Of a DNA stretch of 64,000 nucleotides, positions 42,124 to 55,048 are shown piece after piece. The stretch is from Octopus bimaculoides (Eukaryota), in NCBI RefSeq assembly GCF_001194135.2, contig NC_069000.1:3123647-3187646 (forward strand), read 5' to 3'. The notes beneath the pieces were generated by a model, which ran no database searches, was not told where the DNA came from, and saw nothing but the letters and a program-made list of their open reading frames with translations. Every line of letters starts with the position of its first letter. The first letter of the stretch is position 1. A program made the translations under genes and the position numbers.

Positions 42124-42769
42124 CTTTGTGAACTTCAGCCCTTCCTTAACTTCTGGATATTTCTAAACTGTTTGGTTCAACGGATCGTATCAATCTTTAA
42201 TAACAAGTGCTGACAGCAAAACATCTGTCTTGTATAGTTTTTTTTTTTTAAATATATATTATTTATTATTCCAAAGCAAGCATACGTCATACGTCACATG
42301 GCATACGTCATGCGCCTAGCTAACCTTCAAGATTATAAATTGAAATAGAAACAAGATGGAAGCTTCTGGCAATGTTTTAACAGTCTGACATATTGGATGT
42401 TTATTCTTGAAACTACTTGTACGAATCCAATTTTTGGATATTTATTGATTTCTAAAGACGCAAAACACTAACACACACAAACGCATACCTGCAATCAAGG
42501 ATCTTGTAAATGGTACCTCTGACCTGCTAAACATAACAATCAGAGCTTCGTTTATTCACTTTGTATCTTATTCGAAGCTGGCCAGATACGAAAATGTGAA
42601 ATGTTTACGTAATACCCAAGCAGTGTACACTGTTAAGACATCTGTGTATTTGATCAAAAGTTTAACTAAATTTAACTGGAATTAAATCAAAATAAACAAC
42701 TACATCGGCGACAACATCGACGAGTCTGGTTAGTGACGCCATTAACTGACTCAGTGTTTTCACACCTTT

Positions 42770-43090
42770 ATTATTCGTTCTTGCATTGATTCCAGTCATG
42801 TGACTGTGGTCATGCTGGAGCACGACCTTTCGTAGAAGAAATCTACGAAGGACTTATTCTTCGCAAGCCTAGAAGTGTATTCTGTCGGTCTCTTCTGCAC
42901 AACCGGCAAGTTACGAGGACGGAAATACACCATCAGTTGTCAGGTAATAGCGGGGTGCAAAGACACACACACACACATGGTTTCTATTCCCCAAATACAC
43001 TTCAAGGCTTTGGTAGAATACACTTACCGAAGGTGAAAGCAGTGGGATTGAACCCGGAAACATGTTGTTGGAAGCAAGCTACTTACCACG
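42770..43090 (-). mobile_element. Bipartite CORE-like SINE (head, (TG)n, second module)
   Basis: Minus strand tggtaagtagcttgcttcc...ccgggttcaatcccactgc...caccttcggtaagtgtatt...(TG)n...gagaccgacagaata...gaataagtcc...gtgctccagcatgaccacagtcacatgactg. Confidence 0.85.
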
Positions 43091-43505
43091 TCAACATTGA
43101 GAAATTTGCTCCGTGACGTAAAAAGAATTAATGGCTTCCTTATGGATTAGAATATGTCGAAAGCATATTTGACCTGGCAACAAGTTCCTATTTATAAACA
43201 TAGCATCTATTTATTCACATTTATAAGATTCAGAAATTTATCTCTATGTAATAACGCTTGATGTCTTATCACTCAGCTTTCGAAACTAAAGACACGTTTT
43301 ATAAATTAATTTGGATTGGTCCCCATTACTCCTTAGGGAGTATAAGTCCGATGTCCTGGTTTCTCTGGCCTATATATTCCTCCCTGGACGGGGCACCGGT
43401 CCGTTGCAAGTGTCCAAGAAAAACCTATGCATGGCGGTAAATAATTGGCAGGAGAATGCGGTCCTCTGTTGCTTGAAACCAACGCAAGAAAAAGTAAGAC
43501 GTATA

Positions 43506-43805
43506 GGCGCAGGTGTGGCTGTGTGATACGGAGATTGGTTCCTAAGTACATGATTCCCTGTTCAGTCCCACTGCATGGCATCTTGGGCAAAGTGTATTCA
43601 CTATAGCCAAAGGCTGGCTAAAGAGTTGCGAGTTTATGTGGCACACGGAAAATGAAAGAATCCCCCCCCCCCCGGTAACAGAAAACTGATACAAGATTTA
43701 AGAAAAATTTAAGTACTGGTTCTTTTGAGTAAAGTAGAATGGCATTCTTCCAGGTGATGGCTCATCATGGGCCTCAGTTCAATGACTGTAGCAGTTAACA
43801 AATAA
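43506..43805 (+). mobile_element. Bipartite CORE-like SINE, internally deleted
   Basis: ggcgcaggtgtggctgtgtg...gttcagtcccactgcatggcatcttgggcaaagtgtattcactatagcc, poly-C, then aatttaagtactgg...catgggcctcagttcaatgactg. Confidence 0.8.
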
Positions 43806-45641
43806 ATGAGTTGGTTTCACGATAGACCTGCAACGACCAGATATAGCTTCCAGTTAAACTACCATCAATTTATAATTTGCTATTTATTGTTATCTTCAAA
43901 TTTTATTTCTTGCTCTTAAAATATTTCTATCGTTAAGAGCTGTGATGGCCGAAGGAAATTTGCTAAATAGAATACGCAATATTCTATTTTTCTGTGTATT
44001 TTAATATATGAATTACAGCTGGACATTTGGATGTTCTTAAGACAGACAAAACGTCTGTCTTAAGAATAGTTAAGTGAAGCTCACAACAGATTGGAATATG
44101 GAATAACAATATGTAATAATTAGATCCGAACCATAAAAGCTTATTCTACTCGTTGCTATAAATAAATATTTCTTTGTGACAAGTTATTGTTTAAAAAAAT
44201 CTATTTAAATGTCGTTTGAATCAGTGTAAAACAGCCTGGAGCGTTTGAAATTCTCAATTAGATAATACGTCTGGTGAAAGAGAGACGTCGCTGAGTATGG
44301 GTTAATATGTGAATATACAATTGCGTGTGACAACAGATTGAAAAAGAATGGCTGAAAGGAAATACGGTATTGAGAAAAGATGCAGAAACCTTCTGATGGA
44401 TTGTGTGTGTCCGAACTGTTTCTGAACAATAGCGGAACGAAATAATTTGAGGTAGATGTGTCGCAATTATATTTCATAATGGAAATCTAAATTTCAAATG
44501 TATAAATGTATCGAATGACGTTCAAGCGGGAGTCTATAGATATCCATCCAATACAAACGTCTCAAAAACAGCAAAGGAAAGTGTCTGATACACGTTCTGA
44601 CCACAACCACATCAAGGCGTTAAAATGTAACATTCTAAAAATCGGTTAAAATCTGAAAAAAAAAAAAAATCCAACGATAGCAAGAACAGAAATGAGTATC
44701 ATTTAATACTCACCTCACAAAGAATCTGAATCAAAGTACATACTTATCTAATAAAAGCATTTCGCAACTTTAGACATATAACACTGTCTTTGACAGTGAC
44801 TCACTCAAAGTATTTTATTCTACAATCCCAAGTTTTAGCACGAAGAGGCAATCACACTCTCGTGTGATGATTCATTCCCTCTTGATAAGCAGAATCAATT
44901 TCATAGAATCGTTTCATATCTTCATCGTTACTTTTAAATATAAAATGCAAAGGTTTAAAAATCCTTAGCTGCTATTTCTGAATTTAGGGCAGCTGGACAT
45001 AAGCTCACATATCAATAAAATATATAACTATACATACATACACACATTATATATATTAGTATTTTAGATAGACACTATAAGACTTCAGCGAAAGGAAAAT
45101 CGTTGAAATATTCAAATATAATTATGGTTGGCGTCGATTTATCCGTATATGTGGTTTTGTTTACAAGAGAAATGGAGGATGTTATTCTTGGCTTCCTAAG
45201 GATATTATCGGCTTAATCGATTATTATATAGAGGAGAAATGATAAAGATATCTATCTTTTTCTTCATATATCTATATACCTTGGGTGCTGCAGTTAATCC
45301 AGCTCTCGATACATTAGTTTCTTGGATGCGTTCAAATAATTTCCCTTTGATAAACAATTCGTTCAAGTTTCAGGCTAAATTTTAGCTTCATTCCAAAAAT
45401 CGGAGAGTCCTTCGAAAAAACAAACAGTCATGTGGCTGAAAATAAGTGTGCGTGTATGTGTGTGTGTGAATATGTAAGTACTATATCATATTATACATTT
45501 AATATAGCTCATTAATAGAGTCTATTATCTTCTACGTTATCATATTATGCAAAATGATTACATTACATTAAATTGAATTATGTAAGATTATTATGTATAT
45601 ATATATATGTGTGTATATATACATGTATATGCGTGCGTGCG

Positions 45642-45711
<70 letters not shown>

Positions 45712-45968
45712 TGTGTATGTATATGTCTGAACATATATACATGTATGTATGTATGTATGTATATAGGTATGTATGTATGTATATATGTATGTACATGTAT
45801 ATATGTAGAAATATATAAATCATTGCATATACATTTGTATATACTTATGTGTGCCTTAATGAATACAATACTACTCTCTACTCGAGTCTCGCACGATACA
45901 TTTCTCCCTATCTTCTGTGTAACATTCTACGTGCACACACACACACAGACACGCACACACACACACAG

Positions 45969-46000
<32 letters not shown>

Positions 46001-46230
46001 ATATATATATACATAAACTAAACGCCTACACGCTTGCATTATGTATGTTTGTATTTGTTGTATGTATAAATATGTGGGGTTTTGTTTGTACGTTTATGCT
46101 TTCGAGTACGAATGGCCGCCTTTCGATAAACGTTCTTACAGAAACACGCTTACTTTTCACTCGCCTTATATTCTGAGTGAGAGATGATGTGAAGGTTTTC
46201 GTCACCAGCTCCAGTCACATATATGCCTGT

Positions 46231-46278
<48 letters not shown>

Positions 46279-46746
46279 NNNNNNNNNNNNNNNNNNNNNN
46301 NNNNNNNNNNNNNNNNNNNNNNNNNNNNNNNNNNNNNNNNNNNNNNNNNNNNNNNNNNNNNNNNNNNNNNNNNNNNNNNNNNNNNNNNNNNNNNNNNNNN
46401 NNNNNNNNNNNNNNNNNNNNNNNNNNNNNNNNNNNNNNNNNNNNNNNNNNNNNNNNNNNNNNNNNNNNNNNNNNNNNNNNNNNNNNNNNNNNNNNNNNNN
46501 NNNNNNNNNNNNNNNNNNNNNNNNNNNNNNNNNNNNNNNNNNNNNNNNNNNNNNNNNNNNNNNNNNNNNNNNNNNNNNNNNNNNNNNNNNNNNNNNNNNN
46601 NNNNNNNNNNNNNNNNNNNNNNNNNNNNNNNNNNNNNNNNNNNNNNNNNNNNNNNNNNNNNNNNNNNNNNNNNNNNNNNNNNNNNNNNNNNNNNNNNNNN
46701 NNNNNNNNNNNNNNNNNNNNNNNNNNNNNNNNNNNNNNNNNNNNNN

Positions 46747-46796
<50 letters not shown>

Positions 46797-47158
46797 CAAT
46801 ACAATCCCTAATCTATGTACAATCCATGGCTTATTGCATTTGCGTTTGAGCCTGACATTTTTCCCCAAAATTTGTAGAAATGATTACATTAATATTCTTT
46901 ACCGAATTAAATTCTCATCTAGATTAATATCTGGTGCAGACATATAACAGAAGTATATAGCACAATGATTGCCATATTGTGACTAACTAGACTTACAATA
47001 CTATTCTTTGTACACATTGTGTTTATGAAAGTCATAACACTTCAATCACAAACATCTACCATAATTATTGACTTACTGTATAATGTTGTCTGCTTTATGT
47101 CTGGTAAGAGTGACCTTGCACTCATACTAGAGTGCGTATTATGAGGAAAGATGATACA

Positions 47159-47255
47159 GGCACAGGCGTGGCTGTGTGGTAAGTTAGCTTCACCACAACA
47201 TGGTTCCAGTGTCTGCCTCTGCCTAAACCCTTGGGCAAGTGTTTTCATTATAGGC
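47159..47255 (+). mobile_element. CORE-like SINE head fragment
   Basis: ggcacaggcgtggctgtgtggtaag...acatggttcc...cccttgggcaagtgttttcattatagg. Confidence 0.8.
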
Positions 47256-47359
47256 TAAAATTCATAATTAAAAAGTATCCTTTAAAATTTGCAAAATTTA
47301 GGTATTTAGTTGTATATTGTGGTTGCTAAACGAAATGCGATATTCCTACCAAGAATAAA

Positions 47360-47500
47360 ACTGTTTAGCAGTGTTTCTTCTCACTTTACGTCCCACCCAG
47401 GTCGGCCTCGCCTCTTCATACTTCGGGATCGAGATACTAAAAGTACCTGTCTTGTTCTGGGTCCATTTTGCATTGTTTTTCTAAGTGTCCCTTAAATTCT
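47360..47500 (+). mobile_element. Diverged Meta-like SINE
   Basis: caggtcggcctcgcctcttcatacttcgggatcgagatactaaaagtacc resembles the core gaggtcgactttgcctttcatcatttcggggtcgataaattaagtacc. Confidence 0.55.
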
Positions 47501-47521
47501 GGCCGGTGTACTTTGGAAGAT

Positions 47522-47553
<32 letters not shown>

Positions 47554-49078
47554 NNNNNNNNNNNNNNNNNNNNNNNNNNNNNNNNNNNNNNNNNNNNNNN
47601 NNNNNNNNNNNNNNNNNNNNNNNNNNNNNNNNNNNNNNNNNNNNNNNNNNNNNNNNNNNNNNNNNNNNNNNNNNNNNNNNNNNNNNNNNNNNNNNNNNNN
47701 NNNNNNNNNNNNNNNNNNNNNNNNNNNNNNNNNNNNNNNNNNNNNNNNNNNNNNNNNNNNNNNNNNNNNNNNNNNNNNNNNNNNNNNNNNNNNNNNNNNN
47801 NNNNNNNNNNNNNNNNNNNNNNNNNNNNNNNNNNNNNNNNNNNNNNNNNNNNNNNCACACATGAACATACACAAACACATTATATATACACAACGTGAGA
47901 GAAACTTTCATGCTCATACAGCTATAAGCATCACTTAAAAACAGCTTCCTGACTCCTACCCTTTGCATAACTATTTATATTTTCCTACTCTTAATTAATA
48001 ACTTGGAAAAATAGAAACCTCGTAAACAAATAATAAAAAAAAGATATTTGATAAACACATAGATAAAATCAAACAACGAATAAAATTTTTATGTTTTAGT
48101 GCCATATGTTTGGTTTTGTTAAGTGAACATAGAAATATCAAGAATGAGAAAATGTAACTTGAAATAATTTTCTTGTTCTTTGTATTTACAGTCGACACAG
48201 AAGTGTTTTATTATAGTTTTTTATGTAAATCAAAGCATATTTTTACTGATTTCACTCTTATTTATGAGATACTTATATTAAGAGTATCTTAGAAATTTTA
48301 AAAGAACGGGAAAAAAGCCATAACAGATGACGAGTTTTATCAAAATTGTTCTTGAAGTTCATTGAAATCTAGGTATAGAATAAAACAGGCTGTTTTATCT
48401 TACATCATTCATTTATTTTTTTTAATGATTATTATTATTATTACTACTACTAATAATAATTTTTGAAGTAGTACGTTTGTGTTGTTTTCTTGTTATTTAA
48501 TGTGAAAGATAATAAATAAATAAATTGCGAATTTCAGATTTGGTTTTTTTTTAAAGAAGTTAAGAAGATAAAAGGAATAGTTTTAACGATGAACTCTATG
48601 CTATATAGCATTCCACGTAGATTAAATATAACCGAAAAGATTTTCTTGAGAGAAGCACATTTATGAATTATAAATATCCATAGGTATGTACGCAGATATA
48701 CCTCTGTGGTGGAAATATATTTGAAATCACCGTCGCAATGTCATGGGTAACGAAGCAACCGGTTTCTATCTCATGACCATGACACCATCATAGATAAACT
48801 GGTGTCAAAACTGAGTCGTTACATTGTGTGGTCAATACAGACAACACAGTATCGACCAGGCAATTGGATGTTATTGTACATAATTATGCGTGTTCGTTTG
48901 CTGATTTATTTATACAAGAAATTTCAACGAAATATTTCTGTATGTTGGATTCTGTTAAATCTACTACCCTCTGTGTACTTCAATAGTGATAAATTCGACA
49001 TAAACACAAGTATACACCAACGCACACTACGAAGTCCACAGACGAACAGATGAAAGTATGTAACCATATATACACACA

Positions 49079-49123
<45 letters not shown>

Positions 49124-49355
49124 NNNNNNNNNNNNNNNNNNNNNNNNNNNNNNNNNNNNNNNNNNNNNNNNNNNNNNNNNNNNNNNNNNNNNNNNNNNNN
49201 NNNNNNNNNNNNNNNNNNNNNNNNNNNNNNNNNNNNNNNNNNNTTATTGTCAGTAACCTCGAAATTCGAGCACTTAAGCCATCGGCGCCAATAATATATT
49301 TGTTCGAGAATAATTCATATATATATATACACATATATTTTTTTTCATATTTATG

Positions 49356-49394
<39 letters not shown>

Positions 49395-49484
49395 TAGAGA
49401 GAGAGAGAGAGACTGATTAAATATACAAATAAATCAAAACGTAAGAATTTTTTATATTGAAGATAAAGCCAGAAAATAATAATA

Positions 49485-49520
<36 letters not shown>

Positions 49521-49816
49521 GTAGTTAGGGCAATGAAAGTAATAATAACAGCAATAATAATAAATCGTTAAGTGTGAAAGGCGCCAGTTTTATAAGCTAA
49601 TATCGAGATAGGTGGTTAAATGTTGCAATAGATTCACCACCTTGCTGCCTCCAGATTATCTGCAAACCACATTATCAACCGTATGGAGACAGCAGCAAAA
49701 CAATTAGTAATATTTTATTGCGGATTTGGCACTATAAAACAATGGTATTATGACAAAAAAAAAATGATTCCATCTCTTCCTATTTTCTTCTTGTTTTATA
49801 TTCGCCCCTACGACTT

Positions 49817-49858
<42 letters not shown>

Positions 49859-50149
49859 CATATGATCAATCCATCGTTTCGTTCTCTTTATCTCATTTTT
49901 ACTGTCTACAGTTAATTTCTTTTATTTTTTGAAAAACATTATTCCTTAGAGAATAATATATTGAATTTGACACGTAATAATCATATTTGAGAAAATTAGC
50001 ACACGGAAACAGACACGTTATTTCTCACTTTCACCTTCTCTATTTTTGTCTCCCAAATCGCACATCGCAAATCTTATAACACTCCTACTCGTCTAGGCGG
50101 ATATATAAATACAAGTTCAGTGTGGAGTGTTGGAATATAGAATACTCAC

Positions 50150-50298
50150 TTCTGTAGTGAACATTAATCATACTCATTATTTTGGTCTTCTCTCTTCTTC
50201 CTACTTTGAGTTGCAACTGTGGCTGCACGGGATCATCAAGCAATTTATGATTAAGAAGGTATGACGTCAAATGTAATTTGCCAGAATACCTTCTTTCA
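50150..50298 (-). CDS. Candidate exon (149 bp, phase 2-1)
   Basis: gcgtttctgaatttcgattgtag|TGAAAG...TACAGAA|gtgagt; open ERRYSGKLHLTSYLLNHKLLDDPVQPQLQLKVGRREKTKIMSMINVHYR. Confidence 0.28.
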
Positions 50299-51276
50299 CT
50301 ACAATCGAAATTCAGAAACGCAAGACTCGAACCAAACAATGCATTCATGTGAGTGAACAAACGAAAGAAAGAGGCGCTCAGCAACTTTGTCATTTGCACA
50401 TGACAACCAGGATCATGAGAAGGTGCAAGGGTTAGGTTGGGTCTTAGTTTGCCACTAATTTTCCCTACCTTCTAGTGAAAATGACCGTCCTCTAATATAT
50501 TCGAAAGAGGCCGTTGCCCCAAGGACTGTGAGACGCCAGTCTTAAAGGTGATCGACGAAAACAGGCGACTTGTGATGATCAAAATTGTAGGGGCCAAGGG
50601 TTTTAATTTGAGTGCCTGTATGCCTCCTCTTTAGTGCTTCTCCTTCATGATAATCAGAGGAGGATAGAAATCCTACACTTACAGTTACTCATACTTTGTT
50701 GTTGCTTCGTTACTTATTGTCTATCGCTGAAATATTATTAGCTACTGTTAAAATAGGAGCAAGCTTATAAATATGGGCCTCATGCATTTTAATAAGTTTA
50801 GCAATATGAACGAACTGAGGGAAGGCGTCGTGTTATAACTAATTATATACACGAATACATAACTAGACATGCACAGACACACACACACACGAATTAAATA
50901 TTTTTTCAGGTTCTTGGTACTTTTACAAGAAATGCATAAGCGTTGTTTTTCAAAGAACATATTGTATAATATAGTTTCACAATTTCTAAATTCCATGTAC
51001 TTATTTCGCTATTTTCGATTTAGAGTAGAATTATAATACCATTATAGGTGCCTTAAGAAACTGTAGATAAGTACTTTCGAAGTTTTGTATTGTAATGGTC
51101 ACATGGAGACAGAAACATACACGGAGGGAGGTAGACTGGCAAACAGATAGATAGATAGATATAGATATAGATATAGATATAGATAGATAGATATAGAGAA
51201 AGAGACATGGACAAAGATGTATGTGTGTACGGTCTATATCTGAGTTTATACATATACATAAACATATGTACGTTAT

Positions 51277-51331
<55 letters not shown>

Positions 51332-51690
51332 GTGTGTGTGTCTGTGTGTCTGTGTGTCACAAAATTAGAAACAACGCTTTGCTTCTAATGCACTTGTACG
51401 CCATTTTCAAGACACTACAATTATGCGAATATTCTCCTCCAAATTCAATACCAAGAAATAAGTAGACAGAAACTATATTTTTTATTGAAAACATAATTTT
51501 GAAGACATTGTAACAAAAATTCCTTTAATGCTTTTGGAAATCTTTNNNNNNNNNNNNNNNNNNNNNNNNNNNNNNNNNNNNNNNNNNNNNNNNNNNNNNN
51601 NNNNNNNNNNNNNNNNNNNNNNNNNNNNNNNNNNNNNNNNNNNNNNNNNNNNNTATATAGACATGCATACACAAAGACGCTCATATACGT

Positions 51691-51737
<47 letters not shown>

Positions 51738-51790
51738 TGTGTTTATGTATGTATGTATACATATTTGTGTGTGTATTTTTATATATAAAT

Positions 51791-51827
<37 letters not shown>

Positions 51828-52191
51828 TACACACATGTATATGAATAACTATTTATATATATATACGCACTCATACATATATATTTCCTTTCAGTTAAAT
51901 ATTGTTCAAAACATGTAAAAAATACACTAATCGCATTGTCAGGTTTTCTCTTTCTTGGGCAATTCTCGTCCAACCTAGATGCAGTTGCTATCGCATATGA
52001 ACGCCTAAAGCTTCCTGTCATGTCCAATTACTGTTAAGTAAGTGTGTTGCTTAAAAGCAAATGACAATTGGTATTTTGGTCTTCTTGCGTTGTTTTGCTT
52101 TACATTTCCATTGCAATACATAATGCTACAGTAAGAGACAAGGAAAATCTTATTTGCATATTAATTGATCCGTCAAAAGACGAAACATTTC

Positions 52192-52508
52192 AGGCGCGAT
52201 ACTACGGTAATAGACAAGTGAAATCGAATTTGCATACTGATTGATTCATCATCTGAATTTGATATTAGGATTCTAAAGCAAGCAGATGAAAAGTTGAAAA
52301 AGTACAACCCCTTAAAATCTCATATTGCGAGGATTTGGAACATTAAGTCTGTAATGGTTGCCCTTGTGATAATTGACGTATTAGGGACTGTGTGCTATGA
52401 AATAGAAAATGGATAATGGAGATTGGAATGCAGTGTCTTGTAGAGCTTCTACAGAATGTTTGCCTCTGAGGAACAAGAAAGATCAGCAGATGTGTTTTGA
52501 GCACTTGA
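52192..52508 (+). mobile_element. Decayed C-terminus of a restriction-like-endonuclease (R2/R4/NeSL-type) non-LTR retrotransposon
   Basis: RRDTTVIDK*NRICILIDSSSEFDIRILKQADEKLKKYNPLKSHIARIWNIKSVMVALVIIDVLGTV, frameshift, KWIMEIGMQCLVELLQNVCL*GTRKISRCVLST*; matches RPD-x-D...EK..KY..L...I.R.W...P+V+GALG...LQK..LLGT.RI+R.VL. Confidence 0.8.
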
Positions 52509-52739
52509 TCGATAACTGAAATCATATGAAATATTTGAAGTAACATTCGTTCCTTATGCTAGGAACACGACCAATGCTGATTCAAGAAGATAATGTTACA
52601 TTAATAAATATCACGGCTACTATTACTACATCAAAACACTGCCAAAATTACTACTACTACTCCTATTACCAATATTGCTCAGACTAAATTTCGTGAGGCT
52701 ATGTTTAAAGAACGTCGTTTTTTTCCTGTGGTTTGTGTC

Positions 52740-53025
52740 CTCTAAAATCTACTTTGAAGAATTCCAGTCGAATGAATCGCCTGTCTGTTTTAAGGTCTGA
52801 TACTCAGTCTCTTATCGAAGCGCTAAGTTATAGGGGAGTAAACACACCAACACCGTGTGGGACAAACACAGGCACAAACAGACACATACACACACACATA
52901 CGTATATATATGTGCGCGTGTGTGTATATACGATGGGCTTCTATGTTGCCACGCATTGGTATTGAACCCGGAACCAAGTGGAGGGAAGCAAACTTCTCAT
53001 TACACAGTCAAGCCTGCAGCTATCT
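52740..53025 (-). mobile_element. Bipartite CORE-like SINE with internal microsatellite and deleted head
   Basis: Plus: cgctaagttataggggagtaaacacaccaacac, CA/TA spacer, tacgatgggcttct...attgaacccggaaccaagtgg...gcaaacttct..cacagtcaagcctgc. Confidence 0.75.
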
Positions 53026-53149
53026 CAAAAACAGTAATTTCAAACATGGCATTCCTGAGCAATAGTCATGCTGATATAGGAAACAGTTATGTGCTGTTAA
53101 GGGTAATGGAATTTTAAGGGTATATACGTGGTTTCCGCAGTAATAAGGT

Positions 53150-53212
53150 AAATAATTTCGCAGACGACGAAAAGTTGCGAAACATTTTGCCCAGCGTGCT
53201 AACGATCTTGCT
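53150..53212 (-). mobile_element. Meta-like SINE head fragment directly downstream of the tail of the next copy
   Basis: Minus strand cagcaagatcgttagcacgctgggcaaaatgtttcgc..ttttcgtcgtctgcg. Confidence 0.7.
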
Positions 53213-53220
53213 GAATATTA

Positions 53221-53432
53221 TATTATTATTATTATTTCCAATTTTTGCCACAAGGCCAGCTATGGAGAGATGGGGATAAGTCGATTGCATCGACCCCCCC
53301 CCCCTCCAGTGTTCAACTGATACTTCTTTCATCGATCCCGAAATGATAAGTGTTAAGGTCAATCGGAATTTGAACTCAGAATACGGGACGGACGAAACGC
53401 CGCTAACGATTCTGCCAGCTCCCCTCCGCCTT
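53221..53432 (-). mobile_element. Meta-like SINE with (AAT)n tail
   Basis: Minus strand aaggcggagggg agctggcagaatcgttagc...ctgagttcaaattccgattgac...atcatttcgggatcgatg...ggccttgtggc...ggaaataataataat. Confidence 0.85.
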
Positions 53433-53450
53433 AACAACACCACCACCTCC

Positions 53451-53519
<69 letters not shown>
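53451..53519. repeat. Inverted trinucleotide tract (AAT)13-T-(ATT)9.7
   Basis: 53451-53489 AAT repeats, T at 53490, ATT repeats 53491-53519. Confidence 0.95.
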
Positions 53520-54582
53520 GAGTGTGCGTGCATGCGCGTAGATATTTCTATGTGCATATATATGAATGGATGTGTGCTTACTATTGCGTGTGTCTCTATA
53601 CGTTAGTAGATATACTTGATATAATGAAAAATACTTTTATGTTACATTAACTAGACAGAAAACAAAAAAACAACATTAACAACCAAATATATACGAACAA
53701 AACTAATCTAAAATATTAATTATTTGAATAGTCAATTAGAAACATATAAAGACATTAAAATAGACGTAAACAAGACATGAAAGCAGCGTATGAAAGAAAT
53801 GTTTAACAAAAATAACCAACTATAACGGGGCTAAATGACATCAGCAAGTCAGAAATAAATAGCAAAGAATAGAACTTGTTTCTGCTTTTTTTTTTTCTGT
53901 TTTTAATCTGAAAATAAATGGTGATATTAACTATGCTATTTACAGGCATTAATTCACAGATAAATTATTGAATATCTCTAAAATGAAAGATCTGTATTGA
54001 AGTTGGTGAATGAATTTTAAAATTTTAAAGAACGAAACAAAAGGAAAATTTGAAAGAAAGAAAAAAATAATGGCGATAATACCAATAATTATGATGACGA
54101 TGATAATCATGATGACGATGATGATGGAAATAATAATTACAATAATAACGCTAATAACGAAAATAATATTGATAATAATATAGACAGTAAGAAAAATAAT
54201 AATGACAATAATAATAATAGCAAATCAACAACAGCAACAAAGTAAAATGAAAAATATTTCCTATTTTGACATTCACTGCAGAATAACTATACATCAAGTA
54301 TTTTATTTTAGGTTCTTTTTTCGTGATTTTGAAAATGTGTAGAATATTGATGAGTATAGCGAACTATTAAAGAGAGTGGAATTAAAGATGTCTGAATGAA
54401 ATTTCTAAAGAAACATTTCATTACAAGATTTTGGAAATGTAAAAATTAAAGAATATTTATTGAGAAAGCTGTCAAATTTCCATCGCATATGAGATGCACT
54501 TTATGATGTTTCTAGATTTGGAATAGAAAAATGAGCAGCGTGTGGATGTTTTGTGCATTTGTGAGAACACATCTACTATATA

Positions 54583-54776
54583 CATAGGGTGCGATAGGCA
54601 AATCGTCGCCATTTTATAATTTTAATTTCGGACATTTTTAGTTTTCGATTCTTGTCGACTGCACAGTATAGTAGGGGCAGTCGGCCATCGTTTGTAGAAA
54701 ACAAGCACCATGAAGCAATTCATTCTGGCAGAAATTTGGAAACAACTTGCTGTACTGTTTGGTATTCGCGCCGGTT
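54583..54776 (+). mobile_element. 5' end (TIR plus transposase N-terminus) of a probable Tc1/mariner-type DNA transposon, truncated
   Basis: tatatacatagggtgcgataggcaaatcgtcgccatttt resembles a TA|CAGGGTG-type TIR; ATG at 54710 gives MKQFILAEIWKQLAVLFGIRAG, similar from memory to cephalopod mariner-like transposase starts (not database-verified). Confidence 0.5.
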
Positions 54777-54835
54777 TTTTAATTATTTTACCGCTTGGAA
54801 TGATCAATAGTTAAAGAAAGCGTTCATATCATATT

Positions 54836-55048
54836 CTTTTCCACTCTAGGCACAAGGCCCGAAATTTTAGGGGATGGGAGAAGTCGATTAGATCGACCCA
54901 GTACACAGCTGGTACTTAATTTACCGACCCTGAAAGGATGAAAGTTAAAGTCGATCTCGATGAAATTTGAACTCAGAAGGTAAAGATAGACGAAATACCG
55001 CTAAGCATTTCACCCGGCGTGCTAAAGTTTCTGCGAGCTAGCTGCCAT
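54836..55048 (-). mobile_element. Full-length Meta-like SINE with 16-bp target-site duplication
   Basis: Core gactttaactttcatcctttcagggtcggtaaattaagtaccag on minus; flanked by gcgttcatatcatatt (54820-54835) and gcgttcacatcatatt (55049-55064). Confidence 0.92.
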
